64,000 bases of DNA from Podarcis cretensis. Its lineage: Eukaryota. The DNA is taken from contig OX638152.1 of the NCBI GenBank assembly GCA_951804945.1, forward strand, positions 43,276,001 through 43,340,000, in the 5' to 3' direction. The notes beneath the pieces were generated by a model. That model was not told where the DNA came from. It searched no databases and saw only the letters and a list, made by a program, of their open reading frames with translations. A program made the position numbers and the translations under genes. Below are positions 48,863-60,821 of the stretch, in pieces. Each line of letters begins with the position of its first letter. Within the stretch, counting starts at the first letter, position 1.

Positions 48863-50079
48863 NNNNNNNNNNNNNNNNNNNNNNNNNNNNNNNNNNNNNN
48901 NNNNNNNNNNNNNNNNNNNNNNNNNNNNNNNNNNNNNNNNNNNNNNNNNNNNNNNNNNNNNNNNNNNNNNNNNNNNNNNNNNNNNNNNNNNNNNNNNNNN
49001 NNNNNNNAATGAGCCTGGTTGAAAGGCCTGGTGGGATTAAAAACACAATTCCTCATAATACTTCACAAAGAGCTTACTGTTTCAATTGATCCATGTTTTG
49101 AAACCTTTTAATTTCTTTTCCATATGATGTGTACAGGTAAGACACAGCTATCCAGTGCAGGCAAGTAATGCAATGGGTGTACAGAGCTAAATGATGCAAC
49201 AAGGTTAATCTAGCATCTATAAGAAGAAAATAACCATAGTAAGAAACATTTCCCCCTCCACTAGAATTTGCCTAGAGTCTTCCTGTATTCTTGGATTCTC
49301 CCAAATCTTTCCTCCCCTTGACTTTGTCCTTCGGCCTTCAGTAGATCTTTGGACCTGGCTTTCTTCTCAACCCTACCTTCTGGTTTGTCCTTTGTTGCAT
49401 ACTTACTAACATAAGAGACTGCCTTTCATTGATTCAGACCACTGGTTCATCTATCTTAGTGCTGCCTGTATTGGCTGGCACTGGATTCTCTGATTTTTCC
49501 CATCCCTATCTGGAGGTGTCAGAGATTGGACCTCGGAGATTCAGCAAGCAAAGCATGTTGCTCAGCCACCAAGACTTATTCTTGCTCCTGACTACTGGCT
49601 TATCTCCCAGCTTCTGGCTCACCTCACACAGCGGCCCTCGGCCCACTGGACAACCACACTCTGTGACAGCTTAGCTGAAAGTCAGTGTGGGCTAACAAAA
49701 TTCATGGTTTGCCTGGGTTGAGTGAGGCATGTAAATGGGCTCAGAAAAAGGATAGCAGCAATTTGTTTTTCTTTAGTGAGCTTCTTCTTTTTTGTATTCA
49801 TCTCTGGGTTCAATTTGCAAAAAGACTGATAGGGGGAAAAAGTAATTTCCAACTCTTTGAAGTGCAATAGTTTGTTGACACAGTTAATTTGCAGCTCAGT
49901 GAAGCTATATTGGCTTTGTCTAATAACTGCAAAGAGGATAGAGAAGTATCTCAAATTTCCATTGAGAAGAGTTCTTCTCCAAAGACTTTGCTTTGCTTTA
50001 GAAGACTTAGCTTGTTACAATTTAGCCCTCAATTTATTCCATATTTAAAGTTTATTTCTTAACTGAACTTCCTTTAAAA

Positions 50080-50118
<39 letters not shown>

Positions 50119-50327
50119 ACTGTGGGCAAAGGACATCAAAACTTCACATGACAAAAAAACCTATAGTGTAAGTAGGATGTGTTAATTTTATCTATATCAA
50201 TAGTGTGCTTTTCTGGTAGTCATCCAGAACACAAAGAATTGAATTACTGTGCATTTCAGCTCATTTCAGACCTAGAAAAACACATTTTTGATGTCCTTAC
50301 CCCACAATAAACACACACATACGCACA

Positions 50328-51153
50328 TGTCAGGGGTTCAGGAGCAGAGGCACAGGGAAGAGAGGAGATGGAGAGCGAAGGGGAAGAATCCGAGGGGAGC
50401 GTAGGAGAAGAGGACAGTGGACCGAGGGATTCCATGAGCCTCTCCAGCGAATTGGAAGATTCACAGAAGGGGGCGCCAGTGGCCAGGGGTAGGGGGTTCC
50501 CAAGGGGAACGCCCCAGGCGCAAGGGGGCAGCAGGGACTCCCAGAGCAGTAGTTGGAAATCAGGACCAGCTTCCCCACCAGAGCAGAGTGGGGGGGAAGA
50601 GTCCCAAGGATCGGGGGCAGTGCATTCCCCACCAGGGAGAGAAGATAAGGCAGGGCTGACCACACCTCCATCGGAGAGTCAGACAACGGAGGGGAGGTCA
50701 GATCCGGCCAGTATCCCGGAAGAGGGAAGCAGTGACAGAAGTAGTGTAACGGTCAGGAGGAAGGTCACTGGGTTGGCGCGAGAGGCAAGTTCAAATGTAC
50801 AGGAGAGCGGGACAGCAGAGAATGAGGATTGGGAACCGGGTCCTAAAGCCCGCCGGAGGGAGGGGGAGGAGCTAAGCGACTCAGCGTTGGAAGAGTCCAG
50901 AAAGGGCAATGCCCCAGCGGGCAGGAGGACCCAGAGGAGGAGAGAGCAGCGTAAAAGGTGGAGCAGGGCTAGGATCTTAAACTGGTGTCATAGGGGAGGA
51001 GACTCAGACGGTACTTCGCCGGTCTAGGGTTTAAGACGTAGAGCTGCGCGCTGCGGCTTTGAAATGGAAACTGAACCTCAATAAAGACTTTTGTACATAA
51101 CGACAGCCTAGCGTTGGTCCTCTGTGAGCTGGGACCTAGAGGCAGCTCTGACA
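50328..51153 (+). mobile_element. Young solo LTR (826 bp, Gypsy- or ERV-like)
   Basis: TGTCAG...CTGACA inverted termini, 5-bp TSD GCACA (50323-50327, 51154-51158), AATAAA at 51080-51085, CpGs retained. Confidence 0.92.
50368..51027 (+). CDS. LTR-encoded 219-aa acidic Ser/Glu/Gly-rich protein with an Arg-rich C-terminal motif (hypothetical)
   Basis: Uninterrupted ORF covering about 80% of the LTR, strong Kozak context (GAGATGG), frame open back to the LTR edge. C-terminal motif shared with the 38064 LTR. Confidence 0.5.
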   Translation: MESEGEESEGSVGEEDSGPRDSMSLSSELEDSQKGAPVARGRGFPRGTPQAQGGSRDSQSSSWKSGPASPPEQSGGEESQGSGAVHSPPGREDKAGLTTPPSESQTTEGRSDPASIPEEGSSDRSSVTVRRKVTGLAREASSNVQESGTAENEDWEPGPKARRREGEELSDSALEESRKGNAPAGRRTQRRREQRKRWSRARILNWCHRGGDSDGTSPV

Positions 51154-52269
51154 GCACACATCCATCAATACATGAAGTTGCATTGAAACACATAGAAAAC
51201 CTGTATTTGTGGATGTGTGGATTCTAATTAAACTTGGCACTGAGAAAAGAAAGAATTCGGGCTGACTATTCTGGCAGACATTTAAAAAAATTCTTATCAT
51301 AGAATTGTAAAGTTGGAAGGGACCCTAAGTATCATCTAGTCCAGCCCCCTATAATGTTGTCCTATATGGGGATTGAACCTGCAATCTTGGTTTTATCAGC
51401 AACTGAGCTTATCCTAATACATAACAAATATTCAATATTTTTAACTGTTTATACCTGAGGTCCCTTCCATGTGCACAAAACAAGCCTTAATTTGGGGGTG
51501 GGAGTGCATGCAGTTCTGTGCTGCCATGCAAGCCCTCTGGGCAGCATGCAGACTTTCCCAGTGGAAAGAGTTTGCTGGTATGGCCATTTGAAATTCTCAA
51601 GTCCCTCTGCACAGCAGGCTTTGCCTTGCAGTGGGCAGTGGTTTGGCACTTTAGCCATTAGGGACTGCTTTCCTGCGAGGAACTATGAACAGGCATACAG
51701 GCTTGAGATACCTTTGCATGCTGTGATGAAGTTCTACATACCTAGCAGTGCAAAGCCTTCCACTCCTAGTCTCTGTGTGTAACAGTTCACAGAACAGCAC
51801 GAAGGAGTGAACTTGTTCTGCTCATTCTTTCTTCAACCTGACCTAGCCTGTAAAGGAGATAAAGTCCTTTTTGCCTGACATCTGTTTCCAAAACAATGTT
51901 TCAAAGACCTGTCAAAAGCACATGCTGTGTCGTACTAATCTGAAAGATGCTGTGCTTGGTCAAGAAGTAGGGCAAGGATAAGTGACTCAAAATTTGTGCT
52001 GGTAGGTGGGGAGATACCCTATCACAATGACACAAGCTGGGGAAAGAATGACACAGCAGTGAATGACCAAATGTTGTGATGTTCTGCTTGCTTTCTCTTC
52101 ATTTTTCTTGCAAGACTAGGTCATCTGTTCCCCGCAATGGTCTCTGCACTTCAGGTGTTCATTCCTGAAGGCCTTTCGGGGTCAGTGGAATGAGGACAGT
52201 GGGCTTGTGGAGAGGGGCAAGTGGAAGTTCGTTTCTTTTGATGTAGAAATTCATATCCTGACTTTCAAA

Positions 52270-52620
52270 CACTATAACTTGTGGATATCTAGTGAAGCTG
52301 AATGTTGGAAGATACAGGACACATAGAAGGGGGGGCGGGGAGGAACTTATTCACACAGCTCATCTCAGCTCCCACAAAAGGCCGTGATAGCCACCAACTT
52401 TGATGACTTTCAAAGATATTAGACTAATTCACAGAGAAGGCTACTACTACTACTACTCTGCCTCCATGTAATGTTTTTGAATACCAGTTGCTGGAAACTA
52501 CATGTGAGGAGAGTGTTCTTGTGCTCAGATCCTGCAGGAATCTGGTTGGCCACTGAGAAAACAGGATACTGGACTAGATGAGCCATTGGCCTGATCCACC
52601 AGGCTCACCTTATGTTCTTA
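52270..52620 (+). mobile_element. Degraded CR1-like 3' fragment
   Basis: Decayed CR1 ORF2 end followed by the tail TACTGGACTAGATGAGCCATTGGCCTGATCCA...CTTATGTTCTTA. Confidence 0.55.
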
Positions 52621-53627
52621 AATCTGTTCTCAGGACAGAGGCAAATGTCAGGCAACCACTGAAGTATGAAGTGTAGTCTCAGGTGTGGTGACATATAGTA
52701 AACAGGTGCATTGATATTGATCGTCCAACCATTGGCTCTAGCTCTGGTGCTGGTCCACCCGTCCACAGCCCAAGTTGGGTGGGATACTTCAGTGACCAAA
52801 TATGGTACTGATCCCTAGCACAATAGGAGGAATAAATTCCCAGTGCACCACATCCCATAATTCGAAAAGCACTGCCATAGACCAAGCACTCTCCTCCTTC
52901 ATAACCGCCATGTCTTGCCTTGTGTTTAGAGACATGCCTGTCTTGTTAAACTTTTTTGTTTTTGATGAAAGCATCTTCAAATCTATCTGCAATGCAAAAT
53001 TTGAACTGAACTTGAAAGTCTAGTTTGATATGTCCTTCTGGATGGCCAGTAGGACTTGCAAAAAGAAATCACGTCTTTCTCTGTGGAGAGGAATCCAGAT
53101 CTTGAAAGTCAAAGGCAGCATAAATTGCTTGATGAAACAAAATTGTGGCTGTGAAACTGGCAGAAATGTTGTGCGCTCGCATATGTCTATCTATCCATAA
53201 TCTCACTTTGCTTATTTGGTTTCTTTCTGCAGTGTACAATTCATTTTTATGTCTATCTGTGAAGTGCAAAAGAACTCAAAATGTCATAAAATATATCAGG
53301 CTCACAAGGAATGCTGCCAACCACTTCTGTAAACCACAGGCAGATCTCATCAGAGCCATTTTTATTGCACTTTTATTGGTCAGCAACTGGAAGAAAAAAT
53401 AATTGAGAGATAAATTAGATTTCCTTTTGTCTTTTATCTTCTCATATCATGAAGGCTCATTATTCAAGATTCTCTACAGAGTGTGTGCAAGAGTGATATG
53501 TATATAATACATTTCATTATAGCTCAGAATAGTAACTCTCTGATTTACCTCTTAACACTTTTAAAATAAATTCCTTTTGTTTTGTTTTTCAGAATTTGAC
53601 TTTCTTGCCAAGCCATTCTTATTGAGG

Positions 53628-54365
53628 CTGGCATCAGTCTGTCTCAGAAGACAATGGAAGGGTGTGACATCAGCGGTGAAGGCAAACCATTTGAGAAATA
53701 CAGCGCCTGCTGTGGCTGTAGAAACCAATATGGCAGAGACATGTCTTGTTGCAGCTGTGGTAGATGACAGCATCTGATTGTACGGATGCAGGTGTACCAT
53801 AGCATTTCTTCTTTATGAGCTCCTTCCAGCAGTCATTCCTCCTCAATGCTATGGATACATGACCTGACGGCTTGTCTCCAGGCACTCTGGTCGTCTGTAA
53901 GGGATTCCCAAATGGCGGGGCTGATGTTGCCAACCTCCATGTCACATTTGAATACATCATTGTAACACAGAGCTCCCCATAGAGCATGTTTTGGACATCC
54001 TGTCATCTTCCATTTTGTGGACTTGGCCAAGCCTGCATAGACATCGCTGAGACAGGACAGTGAACATGCTGAGAACTTGAGTTTGGGAGAGCACATCTTT
54101 GTTTGAGGCTCTGTCCTGCCACATGATGCCCAAAATTGTCCTGATGCATTGCATGTGGAAGGCATTGAAGCATTGCTCATGGTGGCTGAAACTTGCCCGT
54201 GACTCATTTCCGTAAAGCAGCATGCTCAACACATAAGGCTGATAGACCTTCATCTTGGTATTGGTTGTTAGCATCACATTCTCCCATGTCCTGTTGGAGT
54301 CTTGAGCCATTGCCAACATACTTGACTAGCTCAGCGTCAATGGAGAGGTTGCCATTCAGCTACTT
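53628..54365 (-). mobile_element. RTE-clade LINE 3' fragment
   Basis: Encodes TKMKVYQPYVLSMLLYGNES...FHMQCIRTILGIMWQDRASNKDVL...GQVHKMEDDRMSK and LYGEL, the RTE ORF C-terminus. Confidence 0.85.
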
Positions 54366-56921
54366 GGAAATCTAGTGTACAACCTTTTAAATAATGAAAT
54401 TAAGATGTCCAAATTATTTTCCTGTAGGCTTCTGTGCCTTTAACAGGTGGGCAGAAATTCAACAGGTGTGACTTTACATGTCACTCTTTCCCCTGTCACT
54501 GCAGTTTGTTGTTAGAATTTTAGCTTGTTAGGCTGCTGATAAAGGTAGAGAACCAGTATAAGGGGGAAAATATTGGCAATTCAATTAAATTTTATTATCT
54601 GGGCTGGAGGGGAATATAATTTAATGTTTCTAAAACCAAAGGTTTGATATAAGGAGAGTGTTTGATGTTTATGTCAGCATATGCATCACTTAATGAAGAC
54701 AATAGGGATTAAAAGTGTTTGGCTAGACTGAGATTCTAAGAAACATGAAGAACATAAACCCTCCAGCAACATTATCTAACAAACCTTTTTTTTAAAGTTT
54801 TCCCACCCTCATAGTGAAAATAGGGGTGAACATGTCTCTTACAGTACCATTTTATGCATAGCTGCTTGGAAGTAAAACCTACTGCGTTCAATGAGATTTA
54901 CTCTGAAGTAAGTGTGTATAGGATTGCAGCCTTAAAGACAATCATTTGGGAATGATTATTTAAAGCTAAACAAATCTCTGACAGGTGGACACTCTACTAA
55001 GTAATATCAAACAGTTCTCCTTTCTAATATGAAATATTCATTTTATAAATTTATTTATTCTCTATATAAAGTTTGCTAACCACTCCAAAGACATGAAATG
55101 CATGGAGCTGTACACTTGGGACCAGAATGTGCAGTGCCAAGTGTACAAAGGGTGTGCTGTTGTCAGTCATTTTGGGAAGAAAGGGAAAATGGTGATGTTT
55201 AGTGGATATGAAAAGGAGACCGTTGATTGCCGGATTAAGAACCAGATTAAGGGCTGGCTTTGGAGATCTCTTCCATTCAGGTACTGTTTTTGTCATGGGT
55301 ATAAGGAGCATTACTGAAAACATACATTTCTTAGTAAGATATCTTCATGGTATTTCTAGCAAATGCAAAGCTCACTGGTCTTAAGTAACTTATAAAACAT
55401 TCACCAGTAATTTATTAGATTCACACAGCAGGGACTTAATCATGAAATAGAAGTGTTTTGCTTGATTGAATGGTCTGTCTGAGGGTTGTATAACACAACA
55501 AAAATAGCTTTTGATAACAACATGAAGCCGGTCATATTTTTTTTAAAAAAGATAGCAGTGTTCTTGGAAATCCACTTCATATCTAGTTTCTGGAGAACTG
55601 GTCATAATGCAAAGATGTATACATGGCATGTCTTGGCTTCTTCAGAGAGATGTAAGATTTTTTTAAAAGGCTTGGAATTGGGTGTGTGTGTGAAGGATGT
55701 ACTCCAATGCGAGGAGGGGATGTCAAATATTTTCCAGATTCATTATTCCCACTCCAAGTCATTTTAGACAAATCTGAAGGACCTTGCATCCATTTTTATT
55801 TTTATTTTAAGAATCCAATTCATTGTCACTGAACTCGGTTACTGCCAAATATGAAGTGTTGTGACTAATCCAACGAACAACAGCAATGTTTTGGAACTGG
55901 AACAGGAAGTTTTCAACTCCCAAAATCCTAGTGTTGTGGGTCTTTTCTGTTATTCTCTGTGGATGAATTATAAATGTTCATAGTTTTGTTCTTCCTTTCT
56001 TACATGCAGACAAAGGGATCCAGGGAGTCCTGTACGAATGCAGGTTACTTCTGTTTGCCCAAGACCCATTCTCCAAGTTCAACAAATTCTCTTCTGTTGC
56101 AGACTATCCCACACTGTTCTGGCAGCCGCCTGACACGCAGGAATGGCTTTCTTTGGGGACAGCACATAGGCAGCAAAATGGGAGAGGATGGAGGGAATTC
56201 GCATTTCAAAAACTGAGTTCTACTCAAGCTTCTTTAAATTTAGTTCAGTAAAAGTAGAATATCCACATATACCTGTGTAGATACATGCAGGCATCCTTAG
56301 CTTCATCAAAGTGCTGATAAATATGGAGTCTGACAAAACATTATAATTTTGAATTAGCAATTATGTGAGTGAATCTAATATCTGATTTCCAGGGGAGCTA
56401 TGAAAATGAATGATTTAATGCACTTTGTGATCGTTTGTTGAAAAACATGTTGAGAAGCATCACTTTTGTGAAAACTCTGTAGTAATTAGGATTATGTGAC
56501 ATTATGCAGTCGGTTTGCTTCTTTTCTGAAAGCAGGAATAGTCTTAAAGCTCATCGCGTCCAATAGCTTGCCACTTTTTACAACCGTGTCACAGCAGGGA
56601 GTTCTAGATCTTATTAGGAAGATAAATGGGAAGGTAATGTATCTCCCAGTTTGGTTTCCTGCTGAGAATAAACTTTATTCAGTAACCGCTACAGTGATAT
56701 ATTTTGAAGAATTATAACTGGAGATCTTGCAACAAGCTTGGTTTTCTTCCTTGTCAATTTGTGTTCCTTCCCTCTCACCTTCTCTATTTCTTGGTTTACT
56801 ACCTCATAACCTAACGAACTCAGAAAATCTATTTTATTATACAAATTGGTGGGAAGGTGCTCAAAATTCACCCAATTCCTGAAGATAGTGCATTTTTCAC
56901 TCTGCCTGTATTCTCTTTTCT

Positions 56922-57310
56922 AATAATAATTTTATTGAGTTTTACATTTTTATCATAGTAACAACATATCAAATAACAAAAAAAAAATAAAATAAATAAA
57001 ATTCCAAATTTCCCCCTCCCCCTCCCCTGACTTCCCTCAACTTCTTCTTCTGGTTTTTTACATACTAACTTTTCTTGCTTGCTTTATTGTATCTCAACCT
57101 TAGGTTCTTTATATTAAATATTGTTATAGTCCTATCATTTTAACATCATCTTTATGATTTCTGTATTTGTTTTGTTAATTGTAAGTGTTTACTCAAACCC
57201 TGCTAGTGAGTCCATTTCTTTACATTGTCTCTGTAGATACAACACAAATGGTTGCCAGTCTTTTTTTAAGTCTTTATTATCTTGTATTCTCAATTCTATC
57301 AATCCCACAA
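56922..57310 (-). mobile_element. L1 3' end fragment
   Basis: Minus strand encodes IELRIQDNKDLKKDWQPFVLYLQRQC, followed by an L1-type 3'UTR with a G-rich tract and AATAAA. Confidence 0.65.
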
Positions 57311-57377
57311 TGTGTGTGCATGTCTTTTAGATAAGGTTTTGTTTTAATAGATTTCTGTACAAATCCTAGCACAATGG

Positions 57378-57576
57378 ATTATTTATTTATTCATTTAATC
57401 CCAGCTGTCCTCTGAGGAGCTCAAGCTGACACACCTAACTCTTCTCTTTACAACCATCCTGTGAGGTAGGTTAGGCTAAGAAAGTGTGACTGGCCCAAGG
57501 TCACCCTGTGAGTTTCATGACTAAAGGCATTTGAACTCTGGTCCCACACGTCCTAGTCCAACACTACACCACACTA
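57378..57576 (-). mobile_element. tRNA-derived CORE/MIR-like SINE
   Basis: CORE-type sequence ACAACCATCCTGTGAGGTAGGTTAGGCT...GACTGGCCCAAGGTCACCC; B-box remnant; AT-rich tail. Confidence 0.7.
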
Positions 57577-59076
57577 GTGTATATGTTTAAAATATTTTAA
57601 GACTGGCTTCTAAGGCATAGCTCTCGCAAGTTGGCTTACAAGACAATCTTCAAAATACATTAAATCCAAAAGGCCAGACCAATTTTATAAACACGTTCAT
57701 AAAGCAATTTAAAACATCCCAAAGATCTCCGAAACTCAGCAGGATTAAGGTCATTCTTACACTCTCTTTTCAAAGTTAAAGGGAATCAAGAAAACATCTT
57801 CTAAATCTGATCCCGCAACACATTCAGCTGCATTTTCGGAATCCCTTAAAGGAACACATTTTAAGCATCACAGTGCAAATCTATTCTCTGTCAATCTGAA
57901 GCCATTGCTCTTCAACCTGTAGAATCACAGCAGAGATCACCTTTTTATTTTGTGTTAAAGCAAAAAGGTTCCAAATTTGTATGATGTGTTTCATGTGCAT
58001 GAGTACTTCTAGTCAACCAATGGCAGACTAGTCAACCAATTTCTAGTCAACCAATTTCTAGCCAACCAATGGCAGAATGGTAGGAGATGACTTCAACAGA
58101 TAGCCCCTGCATAGCAAGCAAAACATTTTTTTACAAACTTCCTTTGTTCCACAAAAGGTTTAACATTTAAGGAAACCTACTGTCTTTTGTTTCTGGTCAC
58201 ACTAGAGAGAATCACTTAAAGAAATACATTAAATAGGTCCTATGTGGCATGTAGCATAGATTGTTGGTCTTAGGTCTACTAAGATTGTCTTAGTCTTTGG
58301 CAGCTGTGAGGTGGGTGGCCAGGATAAGATGGCGTCCTTACACAGAGCACCAAAAGATCCAGGCCTCACTGAAATACTTTGTACTTGGAGCAGAATACGG
58401 CACAAAAATAATTCTAATTGAGATTTTTTTTTTAACAAAAAAAGAATGGCCTTCACTTGAAGAATTATTGATCATAAAGTTGCAGCTGTCTTCCTTTATT
58501 TTTATTTTTAGAAATGAATTGCATTACTCTTATAGAATTGTGGAGTGGGGAGCTGAAAACAGCTTCCATTGCTGGATCAAAAGCATAACTTTCTCTTTTT
58601 AAAAAAATGTTTGAATGACCTTCAGGAGAAGCTGGTTTGTGGCTTGAATATGCTGATGAAATCACTTTGCTTGCAAGTTGTTTTGCTTTGTAATGAAACT
58701 CTAAACGACTAGCCATGCTGAACAGATGATGTTTTCTCCCTTGTACCCTAATATTCATTATTACAATCTGGAACCAAAGTTCATGTATGAATATAGATGA
58801 AAAATAGGATTTAAATGATGCCCGTGTGATAATCTCCATTTGATTTTCTTTCCAAAGCCATCACGACCTTTTCTTTATACTGCTGTTGGAAAGAGAAAGC
58901 AGTATCTCACTATTCGCTGTTATACGTTTGTGTGCGTGCAAACACATCTGGAAGCACTTTGAACATTCACTCATTGTGGTCAATTTTCCTTTAAATAAAT
59001 AAATAAAAGATGGGCTCATTTTCCAAACTTTATTTAAACCTGATAATATTTCATGATTTTCTCCTGTTTGAGTTCC

Positions 59077-59410
59077 TAGAATCATAGAGATGGAAATGAC
59101 CTCAAAGGGCTTCTGGTCCAAACCTTGTCAGTGCAGGAAGCTGACTGCAGCATCCCTAATGCCCAGCCACTTTCTCACCTAACATCTTCTGAGGCAATCT
59201 CTTCCAGTCCATCAGACCACCTATATCATTAGGAAGTTCTTCCTCATTTTTAGTCTAAATCATTTTTCTTGTATTTTGGACATACTGGACCTACCCTCAG
59301 AATGACAGGATATAAATTTGATCCATAGTTTATGTGACAGCCCTTCAAATGTTTTAAAATGCCTTTCATGTTGCTTCTTACTCAACTTCTTCACCCTTTC
59401 CTCATAGGAA
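59077..59410 (-). mobile_element. Degraded CR1 3' fragment
   Basis: CR1 tail (TAGAATCATAGA...GACCTCAAAGGGC..CTGGTCCAA on the plus strand) and decayed ORF2 end. Confidence 0.6.
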
Positions 59411-60821
59411 ATTTTGAAAGAGTGCTGTGGATACCTCATCCAGTTTCTGTTGTTTGCTTTTCCATGTCTCTGGGTAAGAGCCAGATCCAACAGAATTAAA
59501 ATGGATCTGCTTTAGTTTTATGATTTTAGGTGGGGTCTCCTCCACCCCTCAAATCAAATGAAAGTTTACATTGGTAGACTGCACAGTAAATTTAATACAT
59601 GGATCTTCACAAATTTTCCATAGAATGACAACAAAATCATCAACAAATCAGAGAACATAACTGTGGGCCAAGAGATGACCTGTGATATGCTGGTGGTTTT
59701 CCCTCCTACCTTTTCAGTTCCCCTACTTTCTGTTCAGGTGCTGATCAGAGCTTTACAAGGAAATAGAATTGGAACAGGAAGTGCAAAAGAGCGTGGTTTT
59801 TCTAATTTCCTCTTTTGGCTTTATGTACCACCTTCACCCACCAGGGCACACTGAGAGTGAGGCAGTCAGGGTTTGTGGGTACCATGAGAAGTCAAACACT
59901 CCATGATAACCAAGGGCACCATGTTGGTGACCTCAGGTTTAAGACTGGTATCTTGACCTGTCAACAAGACAAAGCAAGCATTTATTAAACTTCCAACCAA
60001 TACCAGAGGTGTTTCATTTCAAGTGAACCAAAGCACCCACTTTTCATAATCAGCAACATTGCCACCAACCAATGTTATGGCAGATACTAGATCTAAGCAT
60101 GCTATTAGCATTCTAAGGAGTATGTAAGATCAAATTCAAATATGAAAAACACTGTTAGAGTCTTTTATATTTTACTGATTAAAAACATTTCGTGCTCAAA
60201 AACTTTGGGGTTTTTGGGTATGCACTGTGTCCAAACACACAGAATTTGGGGGAACTAATATTTTTCCCTTACGGACACACCCCTCATTTTAGCTGTGCAT
60301 TGAGAACCGTGGGAGCACCCTATACCAAATCACATAAGCAATCTGTGATACACAGGCAGAGGTTGTTTTTCAGCGATCTAGTGTGAGGACAGGTGCCCCA
60401 GGAAAACAAATTATCTTAATTTTTTATCCTTTATCAAGTAGGCCCATTTCCCCCATCGGTTGGGCTTTAAGACTATTGTCAGCCATAATGCAATTATGCC
60501 TGGTCTTAGTCCAAACCCAATGAACCAGAGCTTGGCAACAGGAGCTAATGCGCCTTCTATATATTTTAAAAAGTGATCAGTGCATGGGAAAGTGTCTTCC
60601 GCTGAAATCTCTTAATCCTTTCTCTTTATCAGGTGTTTTTGCTACACTGTATGTGTTCATCTATGATACAGATTGTCAAAGGAATCGTTCCATTTGTCCA
60701 GTCATGCAAACTGTTAATTATGGTTTTCTTAATAAGTATAACAAACTAGGGAGTCAACGCATGCTTTATATTTTGCAAGGTTTCAGGTGGTTCATTGTGA
60801 TAACTGATTTGCTATTGCTTT

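Noticed and set aside
52605-53023. Overlapping short ORFs as a coding exon or viral insert
   Set aside because: No recognisable domain, and all frames close within about 75 codons.
53594-53777. Exon after the strong acceptor TTTGTTTTTCAG
   Set aside because: The downstream sequence is the antisense RTE 3' end and no matching donor is evident.
39554-53800. Two similar ORFs (MVHLH...) on opposite strands as a paralogous small-protein pair
   Set aside because: Both are 3' ends of the same RTE LINE family; the second continues into RTE coding sequence.
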